From assembly GCA_900550625.1 (NCBI GenBank), contig URSW01000001.1:1-36933 (forward strand): a DNA stretch of 36,933 nt, read 5' to 3'. A program made the translations under genes and the position numbers. The notes under the pieces were generated by a model. It saw only the letters and a list, made by a program, of their open reading frames with translations, was not told the origin of the DNA and did not search any database. The stretch comes from an uncultured Eubacteriales bacterium (GTDB taxonomy: Bacteria > Bacillota > Clostridia > Oscillospirales > CAG-272). The stretch's first letter is position 1. Every line of letters starts with the position of its first letter. Positions 26,701-33,818 of the stretch are shown here, in pieces.

Positions 26701-27714
26701 ATGGCTATTTTGATTACAGGCGGTACCGGATTCATAGGCTCTCATACCGTTGTCGAGCTACTTAACGACGGTCGTGATGTAGTTATTCTCGATAACCTTT
26801 CCAACAGTAAGGAATGTGTTATCGACAGAATTGAGACTATTACCGGAAAGCGTCCGAAGTTCTATAATGCCGACCTTCTTGATTACGAAGCTGTCGACCG
26901 TGTATTTAACGAGAACGATATTGACTCGGTCATTCACTTTGCGGGTCTCAAGGCTGTCGGTGAATCTGTTGCTCAGCCGATAAGATATTATCACAACAAT
27001 CTTACCGGAACGTTGATACTTTGCGAGGTTATGGCAAAGCACAATGTCAAGCTGATTGTATTCAGTTCTTCTGCAACCGTATACGGTAAGCCCGAAAGCG
27101 TGCCGATCCGTGAGGATTTTCCGCTTTCCACTACAAATCCCTACGGAGAAACGAAGTTGGTTATTGAGCGCATTCTCGCAGATATCTGCGTTTCCGATCC
27201 GGAGTGGAGCGTATCCATACTGCGTTATTTCAATCCTATCGGTGCGCATGAGAGCGGTTTGATCGGCGAAGACCCCAAGGGAATTCCGAACAATCTTCTT
27301 CCGTATATCTCCAAGGTTGCCGGTGGTAAGCTTGAGTGCCTTTCCGTTTTCGGAAACGATTACAATACTCCCGACGGTACGGGTGTGCGTGATTACATTC
27401 ACGTTGTTGATCTTGCCGACGCTCATCTCAAGGCTCTCGATCAGGCGCGCAAGGTGAAGGGAATAGATTACTTCAATATCGGTACCGGCAACGGTTATTC
27501 CGTTCTTCAGATCGTTTCCGCGTATGAAAAGGCTACAGGCAAAAAAGTAAACTACAAGATCGCGCCCCGCCGTCCCGGCGATATCGACGAATGTTACGCC
27601 GACCCCACAAAGGCGCGTGAGGTTCTCGGATGGACCGCAAAGCGCGGTATTGATGAGATGTGCATAGACCTTGCACGTTGGCAGGAAAAGAATCCCGACG
27701 GATATCCGGACTGA
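26701..27714 (+). CDS. galE: UDP-glucose 4-epimerase
   Basis: 337 aa. ILITGGTGFIGSH Rossmann motif, SSSATVYG, and catalytic YxxxK in PYGETK. Confidence 0.93.
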   Translation: MAILITGGTGFIGSHTVVELLNDGRDVVILDNLSNSKECVIDRIETITGKRPKFYNADLLDYEAVDRVFNENDIDSVIHFAGLKAVGESVAQPIRYYHNNLTGTLILCEVMAKHNVKLIVFSSSATVYGKPESVPIREDFPLSTTNPYGETKLVIERILADICVSDPEWSVSILRYFNPIGAHESGLIGEDPKGIPNNLLPYISKVAGGKLECLSVFGNDYNTPDGTGVRDYIHVVDLADAHLKALDQARKVKGIDYFNIGTGNGYSVLQIVSAYEKATGKKVNYKIAPRRPGDIDECYADPTKAREVLGWTAKRGIDEMCIDLARWQEKNPDGYPD

Positions 27715-27739
27715 AAATAAATTTTGAGAGGACTTCAAA

Positions 27740-28801
27740 ATGATCATTAAAGAACCTTTCGGAACTCTCCCGGATAATACTCCGGTTACTGCATATACGC
27801 TTTCCAATTCCTCGATTCTCAGAGCACGGATCATCGATTTCGGCGGAACAGTCGTGAATCTTTGGGTGAAGGGAAAAGACGGAGCTGAGGCTGATGTTAT
27901 ATGCGGATTTGACGATGTCAACGGTTATCTCAATGCAAAGGGATATCAGGGTGCCATAATCGGGCGTGTATGCAACCGTATCAGCAAGTCCAAATTTACT
28001 CTTGACGGTGTTGAGTACAGCCTTTTCGCAAACGACGGAAAGAATTCCGCTCACGGCGGTGAGATCGGCTTCAACAAACGTATGTGGGATGTAAAAGTGT
28101 CGGATAACGTCGATGAGCCTTCGCTCGAGCTTACCTATACAAGTCCCGATATGGAGGAAAACTTCCCCGGTACCCTTCGGGTAAAGGTAGTTTATACGTT
28201 GAAAAGGGAAGGTGCACTTTCCATTCATTATATTGCCGACACCGATAAGAACACGATCGTAAACCTCACGAACCATGCTTATTTCAATCTCGCGGGATAT
28301 GATAAGGGCACCATTTGCGATCAGGTGATGTGGATCGATGCCGACCGTATAAACGATCAGGACTTCGAACTCATTCCCACGGGCGAGCTCGTCGATGTAG
28401 AGAATACTCCATATGACTTCCGTGTCGAGAAGCCCATCGGACGTGACTTTGATTCCGAACCTTCTATGGATCGTCAGGGCGGGGGATACGATAATAACTA
28501 TATTATTAACGGAGCGGATTCTGTTACCGTGAAGAAGTGCGCATCGCTTTATGATAAGGATTCCGGAAGATTCATGGAGGTATATACGAATCAGCCTTGT
28601 GTTCAGATATACACTTCAAATATGATTGATTCCGAGGACCTCCCGTTTAAAAACGGAGTTGCTCAGTGCAAAAACTGCGCGGTCTGCTTCGAAACTCAGA
28701 AAATGCCCGACAGCATTAATCATACCGGATTTACAGATACGGTTCTGAAGCCCGGTGATGTATATGACTTTACGACTGTATACGCTTTTTCCAATAAGTA
28801 A
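27740..28801 (+). CDS. galM: Aldose 1-epimerase (galactose mutarotase)
   Basis: 353 aa. Family blocks GYQGAIIGRVCNRI, NSAHGG, LTNHAYFNLAG and VCFETQ. Confidence 0.88.
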   Translation: MIIKEPFGTLPDNTPVTAYTLSNSSILRARIIDFGGTVVNLWVKGKDGAEADVICGFDDVNGYLNAKGYQGAIIGRVCNRISKSKFTLDGVEYSLFANDGKNSAHGGEIGFNKRMWDVKVSDNVDEPSLELTYTSPDMEENFPGTLRVKVVYTLKREGALSIHYIADTDKNTIVNLTNHAYFNLAGYDKGTICDQVMWIDADRINDQDFELIPTGELVDVENTPYDFRVEKPIGRDFDSEPSMDRQGGGYDNNYIINGADSVTVKKCASLYDKDSGRFMEVYTNQPCVQIYTSNMIDSEDLPFKNGVAQCKNCAVCFETQKMPDSINHTGFTDTVLKPGDVYDFTTVYAFSNK

Positions 28802-28832
28802 CAGCTGCCGATTTAAATTATCATACGAAATC

Positions 28833-28877
28833 ACACCTCAACATATATTTACATCAGACAAATATATGTTGAGGTGT
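28833..28877 (+). promoter_or_regulatory. Perfect 18-bp hairpin that follows galM and sequesters the spoIIID Shine-Dalgarno
   Basis: ACACCTCAACATATATTT (28833-28850) is the exact reverse complement of AAATATATGTTGAGGTGT (28860-28877), with a 9-nt loop. The 3' arm contains GAGGTG (28871-28876), the only SD for ATG 28884. The trailing TTCTTTAAT could act as a weak U-tract. Confidence 0.6.
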
Positions 28878-28883
28878 TCTTTA

Positions 28884-29192
28884 ATGAATAAACGGACCGA
28901 TTACAATGCCCATGCAGAGAAAAGGCGCTGCGAAGAATTAGCGGAATATATTATAAAAACAGAATGTACGGTGCGTGAGGCCGCAAAAAAATTTTCCATA
29001 AGCAAATCCACAGTACATAAAGATGTAACCGAAAGACTGAAAAATATAAATTCGGTGTATTATTTTCGTGTGAAGAGAATTCTTGAAAAAAACAAATCGG
29101 AACGTCATATCCGAGGAGGAATGGCAACAAAACGAAAGTATGATGTGATAAAGCATGTTCGTGAACGAATTACGGAAGATTATGATATATGA
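28884..29192 (+). CDS. spoIIID: Sporulation stage III transcriptional regulator SpoIIID
   Basis: 102 aa from ATG 28884 within ORF 28755..29192. The HTH VREAAKKFSISKSTVHKDVTERL and the basic tail SERHIRGGMATKRKY are characteristic of SpoIIID. Confidence 0.88.
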   Translation: MNKRTDYNAHAEKRRCEELAEYIIKTECTVREAAKKFSISKSTVHKDVTERLKNINSVYYFRVKRILEKNKSERHIRGGMATKRKYDVIKHVRERITEDYDI

Positions 29193-29205
29193 AGTTTACA
29201 AAGAC

Positions 29206-29235
29206 TTGACAGCGCCGCTTCATATATGGTATCAT
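29206..29235 (+). promoter_or_regulatory. Sigma-A promoter (extended -10) upstream of coaX
   Basis: TTGACA (29206-29211), an 18-nt spacer ending in TGg, then TATCAT (29230-29235). This predicts a leader of about 115 nt. Confidence 0.5.
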
Positions 29236-29308
29236 TATAAAAGACGTAATCGTGAAGGCGGGGAAAATGGAAAGACAGTATTCTCAAGCCGAGCGCAGAT
29301 CGAGGAGC

Positions 29309-29338
29309 AATTATACAAAATGCAAATTTTGTATAATT
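29309..29338 (+). repeat. Perfect AT-rich palindrome (13-bp arms) immediately upstream of the coaX SD
   Basis: AATTATACAAAAT (29309-29321), GCAA, ATTTTGTATAATT (29326-29338). It is followed by GAGGGGAGGAG and ATG 29359, with no U-tract. Confidence 0.6.
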
Positions 29339-29358
29339 GAGGGGAGGAGAAAGCCGGT

Positions 29359-30174
29359 ATGTTATTATGCATAGATATCGGAAATACAAGCATTTCGTTC
29401 GGAACTTTTGAAGTTTCCCCGAACGGACAGCCGAAACTTATTTTTTCTTCCGAAATTTCGTCATGCGAGCGCCGCAGCACAGATGAATATGCGGTTTTGT
29501 TCAAAGAAATCTTTTCTCTGAAATCTTCGGTTCAAGGTGCCATTGATCCGATTGATGCGGTAGCCATATCTTCTGTTGTACCGACGCTCACCGACAGAAT
29601 TGCTTCCGCGGCGCAGCTTTTCTCGGGATGTTCATCCCGTCCTTATATTATCGGACCGGGCATCAAAACCGGGTTCAAAATAGCGATTGACGATCCGGCT
29701 ACATTAGGCGCAGACATAGTTTCGGATTGTGCAGCAGCGCTTGACTTATTTGAACCGCCGATTACAATTTTTGATGCCGGCACGGTAAATACCGTTACCG
29801 TGATTGACAAAGAACGTACCGTATTAGGCAGTATTTTCACTCCCGGAGTGCGTATTTCAGCGGAAAGCCTCTCTCAGAATGCCGAATTGATCGAGTCGGT
29901 GGCGATAGGCACAGACATTGCACCATTAATTGGAAAGAACACAGAAGAAGCATTAAAATCCGGAATTATCAACGGCAATTCAGCTATGCTTGACGGAACA
30001 ATCCGCAATTTGCGGGAAATGCTTATTGATAAAAACAGTGATGAAAAGCTGGCATTGGTCTCTACCGGAGAATATGCGGAAATAATTTTGAGAAACTGCC
30101 GGAATAAGTTCACCTATGATCCCGCACTTACTCTGCGCGGAATAGCAGCACTTTATGTCCGAAACAGAATGTAA
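29359..30174 (+). CDS. coaX: Type III pantothenate kinase
   Basis: 271 aa. N-terminal MLLCIDIGNTSISFG (DxGNT phosphate-1 motif), FDAGTVNTVTV, and an actin-fold pattern typical of CoaX. Confidence 0.9.
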   Translation: MLLCIDIGNTSISFGTFEVSPNGQPKLIFSSEISSCERRSTDEYAVLFKEIFSLKSSVQGAIDPIDAVAISSVVPTLTDRIASAAQLFSGCSSRPYIIGPGIKTGFKIAIDDPATLGADIVSDCAAALDLFEPPITIFDAGTVNTVTVIDKERTVLGSIFTPGVRISAESLSQNAELIESVAIGTDIAPLIGKNTEEALKSGIINGNSAMLDGTIRNLREMLIDKNSDEKLALVSTGEYAEIILRNCRNKFTYDPALTLRGIAALYVRNRM

Positions 30175-30326
30175 GCCGAACATTGCCTACTATACGGAGG
30201 TTCTCCGCTGGTGCAATCTATAAATATGTATAATTTCAGCCGAGGCTGTCATTATAAATAAAATTACACACGCTACACCGCAGACATTGCGGGCGGCAGT
30301 GTCGGGTTAAAGTCCCGGAGGAAATT

Positions 30327-30953
30327 ATGGAAAAAATTAAAACTTCAAAAAAAGTCCTGTTTTTGACGCAAACCGCAATATTGACTGCGATCATTTTCCT
30401 GATGAGCTTTACGCCTATAGGATATCTCAAGGTCGGTTTCGTTGAAATAACATTTTTGGTGATACCGGTGGCTGTAGGAGCAATTTTGCTCGGTCCTGCT
30501 GTCGGGACTTTTCTCGGATTTATGTTCGGCGTATCGAGCTTTATTCAATGCTTTACCGGCAGTGTCTTCGGTGCGGCGCTTTTGTCAATTAATCCTGTTT
30601 TTACGGCGCTGTTTTGCGTTATTCCGCGTACACTTATGGGATTTTTGGCATCTGTAATATTCAGAGGAATGTATAAATCAACAAAAAAAGGCAATATCTC
30701 GTGTGCGGTTGCCTCATTGTCCGCGTCTGTCCTTAACACACTCCTCTTTATCCTCTTCCTGATTCTTTTCTTCGGAAGAAGCGACTATATTAGCATGATG
30801 ATGCAGACAACCTTTAATACCGACAGCATACTTCTCTTTTCGCTTCTTTTTGTAGGTTGGAACGGACTTATAGAAGCGATTACATGTACAGTTATAGGAT
30901 TCGGTATAAGTGCAGTGCTTCTTAAATTAATGAAGACAAATTCTCAAGCTTGA
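30327..30953 (+). CDS. ECF-transporter substrate-capture (S) component; candidate pantothenate PanT based on context
   Basis: 208 aa, 6 TM. N-terminus KKVLFLTQTAILTAIIFLMSFTPIGY and ITFLVIPVAVGAILLGPAVG are typical of RibU/FolT/PanT-type S components. It lies directly downstream of coaX. No ECF A/T genes are in the window. Confidence 0.7.
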   Translation: MEKIKTSKKVLFLTQTAILTAIIFLMSFTPIGYLKVGFVEITFLVIPVAVGAILLGPAVGTFLGFMFGVSSFIQCFTGSVFGAALLSINPVFTALFCVIPRTLMGFLASVIFRGMYKSTKKGNISCAVASLSASVLNTLLFILFLILFFGRSDYISMMMQTTFNTDSILLFSLLFVGWNGLIEAITCTVIGFGISAVLLKLMKTNSQA

Positions 30954-31102
30954 CTTGGCTACAATGACTATAAAATTTCGTCGTATTATGTGCATCTTGA
31001 CGAAATGTTAAAATTAATACTTTAGACATATCAATTCCTCGTTTTATATGATATAATTAATATGTTAAAATCGTATTTCGTACTTTACGGAGGACATACA
31101 AA

Positions 31103-31528
31103 ATGGATATGAAAGACATTAAGATGAGGGTTCTTTATTCCTCTGATAAGGCAAAGATGAAAACTTTTGCGTCGGCTCTCGGCGAAGCTTTCAAATGCCT
31201 TGTTGATGCGGTTCCACCCGGATTCCCCTGCGAAAAGGAACGTCTTGTTATTATCGGCATGACACTTAAGGGCGAGCCCAACGATAAACTCAGACTGTTC
31301 TGCCGTGAGCTTACCGCTCAGCGCGCGTACAACGTGGCTCTTTTCATCGACGGTGAAAAGGACTGCAAAGCGCTTAAAATGGTTAAGGAAATGCTTCGTG
31401 ATGCAGGAACCAATCTAATCGACAACGATTACTATGTAAACGGAGGCGGAATCTTCTCGAAGAAGATTTCTCTTGACGAGCGCCGTCAGATTGTTAATTG
31501 GGCTCAGGGAATCATAGATTCTCTCTGA
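31103..31528 (+). CDS. Hypothetical 141-aa soluble protein (possibly a flavodoxin-like fold without an FMN phosphate loop)
   Basis: Good SD (GGAGG, 8 nt before the ATG). The alternating beta-alpha pattern (RVLYSS..., RLVIIGMTLKGEP, YNVALFIDGE) suggests a flavodoxin-like fold. The function call is weak. Confidence 0.5.
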   Translation: MDMKDIKMRVLYSSDKAKMKTFASALGEAFKCLVDAVPPGFPCEKERLVIIGMTLKGEPNDKLRLFCRELTAQRAYNVALFIDGEKDCKALKMVKEMLRDAGTNLIDNDYYVNGGGIFSKKISLDERRQIVNWAQGIIDSL

Positions 31529-31550
31529 ACGATTCTTTGAAAATTGATTT

Positions 31551-31591
31551 GGGAAGAGCGAGACGTTTCGGTGTCTCACTCTTCCCTTTTT
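31551..31591 (+). terminator. Rho-independent terminator
   Basis: 14-bp stem GGGAAGAGCGAGAC (31551-31564) with GTCTCACTCTTCCC (31573-31586), one mismatch, then TTTTT (31587-31591). Confidence 0.8.
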
Positions 31592-31640
31592 CGTTGAATG
31601 CGCTGTCATAGCTTTGGGAATCGTTTGGCGCTCTCTCTTC

Positions 31641-31672
31641 AAAAAAACCGCTTGTTTTTCAAGCGTTTTTTT
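31641..31672. terminator. Bidirectional terminator at the end of the secA-linked operon
   Basis: A7 (31641-31647), stem CGCTTG (31649-31654) with CAAGCG (31660-31665), then T7 (31666-31672). It lies 6 nt beyond the stop of the minus-strand gene at 31678. Confidence 0.65.
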
Positions 31673-31677
31673 GAATT

Positions 31678-33045
31678 TTATCTGTTTGTCTTGTAGATCG
31701 AATCGTAGATGTCCAACAGAGACACTGAAGAAAATATGCTCCAAAGAACAGTCAGTATTACGAAAAAAGATGTTATCATGGGATCAATGTAAAGAAGAAT
31801 CCACGGATGAAATGCCCAAATAATACATACGGCAGCGGTGAAAAGAACGATACAGATAAACTTTCTTCTGATTTTTGACAGCGCTTCTCTTTCAATCAGA
31901 TCATCCGATACGTTATGAGTATCTTTTTTCAGACAGTTCGGGAGGCTGAAAAACAAGATGATAAAAGCTATGAGGACTGCGGCGTTCTCTGCGACTGAAA
32001 ACATCTGTATCCTCGAATACAAGATTCCGGCATTTGACCTCCAAAAGGAATCATCGGGAAGATATTCGAATGTAACGAAATATTTTCTCTGTAAAGCGAG
32101 GTTTATCAATGAAATAACGCCCGATACTGCAGCAAACGGTATCGCCCACAGTGCCGACTTTATACGGCTTTTAAGAAGCACCGCCGCAATTATAAGAAAT
32201 ATTGCCGAGAGACAATTCGGAAGATAGTTTACATAATTGCTGTACAGAGAATTGTATGCTATAAATGCACCTATAAGGCACGCCGACACATATTTCATTT
32301 TTACCGTGATCGGCAAAAACGGGTCGAGCTTTAATTTTTCGTTGAATGCTTTTTCGAGAACATCCGTCATTTTGCGGTCTTTTACGACTTTTGTGAAATA
32401 AGGGATAAAGAGAGAGAGCCACACAACACCCAAAACAACCCCGACAGCGCATTCAACGGTAATAAAAAGATTGTTGAAGTCCGCGAGCCGTATTACATTC
32501 GGAGCTACTTCGCCTTGATTTTTGAAAAGCTGAAGCTCTGTTGTATTCGGAATAACGGCAAGTATGTCTCTCAGGATCAGGAATACTATTGTTATTATCT
32601 TGATTCTAACTCCGCGTTCAACCGTGACCTCACGTCTGACACGCTCTCCGTTCGAAGGATCGCGGAAATTTTTTATCTTCTGCTTTGAATCAAAAACAGC
32701 ATCGCCGCCGAAGCGCATACCAGCATAGAAAAATCCTTCAAAAAGCTCGTTTACAGCCGGAATGAAAACTATCAGCTCCACTATTGAAAAAGTGAAAGAA
32801 AGAAGCAGCGGCATTGTGTTTATATTAAGAAGCAGAATAAAATTTGCCGCGGTTTTCAGAATTTCAATAAATGCAAGCTTCCAAAAGGCGTTTTGCGCTT
32901 TTTCATGCCACTCGACGATCAGGGATGTTTTTGAGAGCCCTTTTATTATAAGAAAGATTCCTATAAAATCGGGGAAAATATCAATTATTCCGATGTTTGG
33001 GTTGGCAAAAAATATAAATCCCGCAAGGATAAATCCGAGTTTCAT
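31678..33045 (-). CDS. Hypothetical polytopic membrane protein (about 455 aa, 10 or more TM), second gene after secA
   Basis: ORF 31678..33120. I prefer ATG 33045 (MKLGFILAGFIFFANPNIGIIDIFPDFIGIFLIIKGLSK), preceded by GGAGAG. The longer form would overlap the upstream gene by 59 nt. No family recognised. Confidence 0.6.
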   Translation of the reverse strand: MKLGFILAGFIFFANPNIGIIDIFPDFIGIFLIIKGLSKTSLIVEWHEKAQNAFWKLAFIEILKTAANFILLLNINTMPLLLSFTFSIVELIVFIPAVNELFEGFFYAGMRFGGDAVFDSKQKIKNFRDPSNGERVRREVTVERGVRIKIITIVFLILRDILAVIPNTTELQLFKNQGEVAPNVIRLADFNNLFITVECAVGVVLGVVWLSLFIPYFTKVVKDRKMTDVLEKAFNEKLKLDPFLPITVKMKYVSACLIGAFIAYNSLYSNYVNYLPNCLSAIFLIIAAVLLKSRIKSALWAIPFAAVSGVISLINLALQRKYFVTFEYLPDDSFWRSNAGILYSRIQMFSVAENAAVLIAFIILFFSLPNCLKKDTHNVSDDLIEREALSKIRRKFICIVLFTAAVCIIWAFHPWILLYIDPMITSFFVILTVLWSIFSSVSLLDIYDSIYKTNR

Positions 33046-33061
33046 GCCGCTCTCCGTAATT

Positions 33062-33775
33062 TTATTTTTTCTTCTTTTTGTTCGGCTTTGTCTGCGCGGC
33101 GGACGAAGAGGCTTCTTCACCTACATTGCGCTTTTCCTTCGGAGTGAAAATTCGCTTTTCGGCTTCCGACCATTTGTCATTAAGCTTTGAAAGGCGCGAA
33201 CGCTGTTCCGGCGGTACGGGCATTTCTTCACCTTCTATACCGATCCACTTGCAGCATGATCCGAGCAGTATTATATTGAGTGCAAGACAGATAAATTCAA
33301 ACAACGTGAAGAACTGCACCGCAATGACGCTCGAAAACGGCACGAAATCGTATATAGGCTTGCTGAACAACGAAACAAGCGAATACAGTGCATAATATAC
33401 AATCAGCAGAAGCATGTTTCGCTTTGCCCGGAATGCTATTTTGTCAAGCCCTATTTCCTCGGTAAGTGATATTACGGCACCGAAGATTATGAGATTGAGA
33501 ACGAGTACCGTTACGGCGATCAGTGCTTTCAAAAGCATAGACACGATGTCCGGTATCGTAAATTTTGCCAGCATAACGGTTGCATTTATTCCGGATTCCA
33601 AGACATACAGCGATGCCGGAATTATTGCGGTATAGAATTTTTTCTGAAATGCTCCGAGCTTTGTAAAAGCGTAGATCATTATCAATCCGCCGATAACATC
33701 GGCGAAAAAATAAAACGGAGAAAGAGTAAATGCAAAGGCAAGCGCATAGCCTCCCATAAGAATTCCGAATCCCAT
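33062..33775 (-). CDS. Hypothetical membrane protein (237 aa, about 6 TM, basic C-terminal tail), first gene after secA
   Basis: SD AGGAG lies 9 nt before the ATG. It starts 43 nt after the secA stop with no terminator between. The N-terminus MGFGILMGGYALAFAFTLSPFYFFADVIGGLIMIYAFTKLG aligns without gaps to the next protein. The C-terminus ends ...AAQTKPNKKKKK. Confidence 0.6.
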   Translation of the reverse strand: MGFGILMGGYALAFAFTLSPFYFFADVIGGLIMIYAFTKLGAFQKKFYTAIIPASLYVLESGINATVMLAKFTIPDIVSMLLKALIAVTVLVLNLIIFGAVISLTEEIGLDKIAFRAKRNMLLLIVYYALYSLVSLFSKPIYDFVPFSSVIAVQFFTLFEFICLALNIILLGSCCKWIGIEGEEMPVPPEQRSRLSKLNDKWSEAEKRIFTPKEKRNVGEEASSSAAQTKPNKKKKK

Positions 33776-33818
33776 TTACTCTTTCTCCTGTTCTCTTATT
33801 TACCGATAAACGGTTATA

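Noticed and set aside
28793-28831. A sigma-E promoter for spoIIID.
   Set aside because: Only a -10-like CATACGAA (28822-28829) is present. I could not find an xxATAxx -35 element at the expected spacing of about 14 bp. It is therefore mentioned only as a hypothesis in the hairpin finding and not annotated.
30175-30326. A possible riboswitch in the 152-nt leader of the ECF S-component gene.
   Set aside because: I looked for the conserved cores of the TPP, FMN, THF and preQ1 elements and found none. Only short 4-5 bp hairpins are visible (CCGC..GCGG, CGGG..CCCG). That is not enough to call an RNA element.
33046-33120. The long start (ATG 33120) for the second secA-linked membrane protein, which gives a 59-nt overlap with the upstream gene.
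   Set aside because: ATG 33045 has a properly spaced GGAGAG, begins directly at the first TM helix, and aligns index-for-index with the paralogue's N-terminus. The extension is kept only as a curiosity in the finding.
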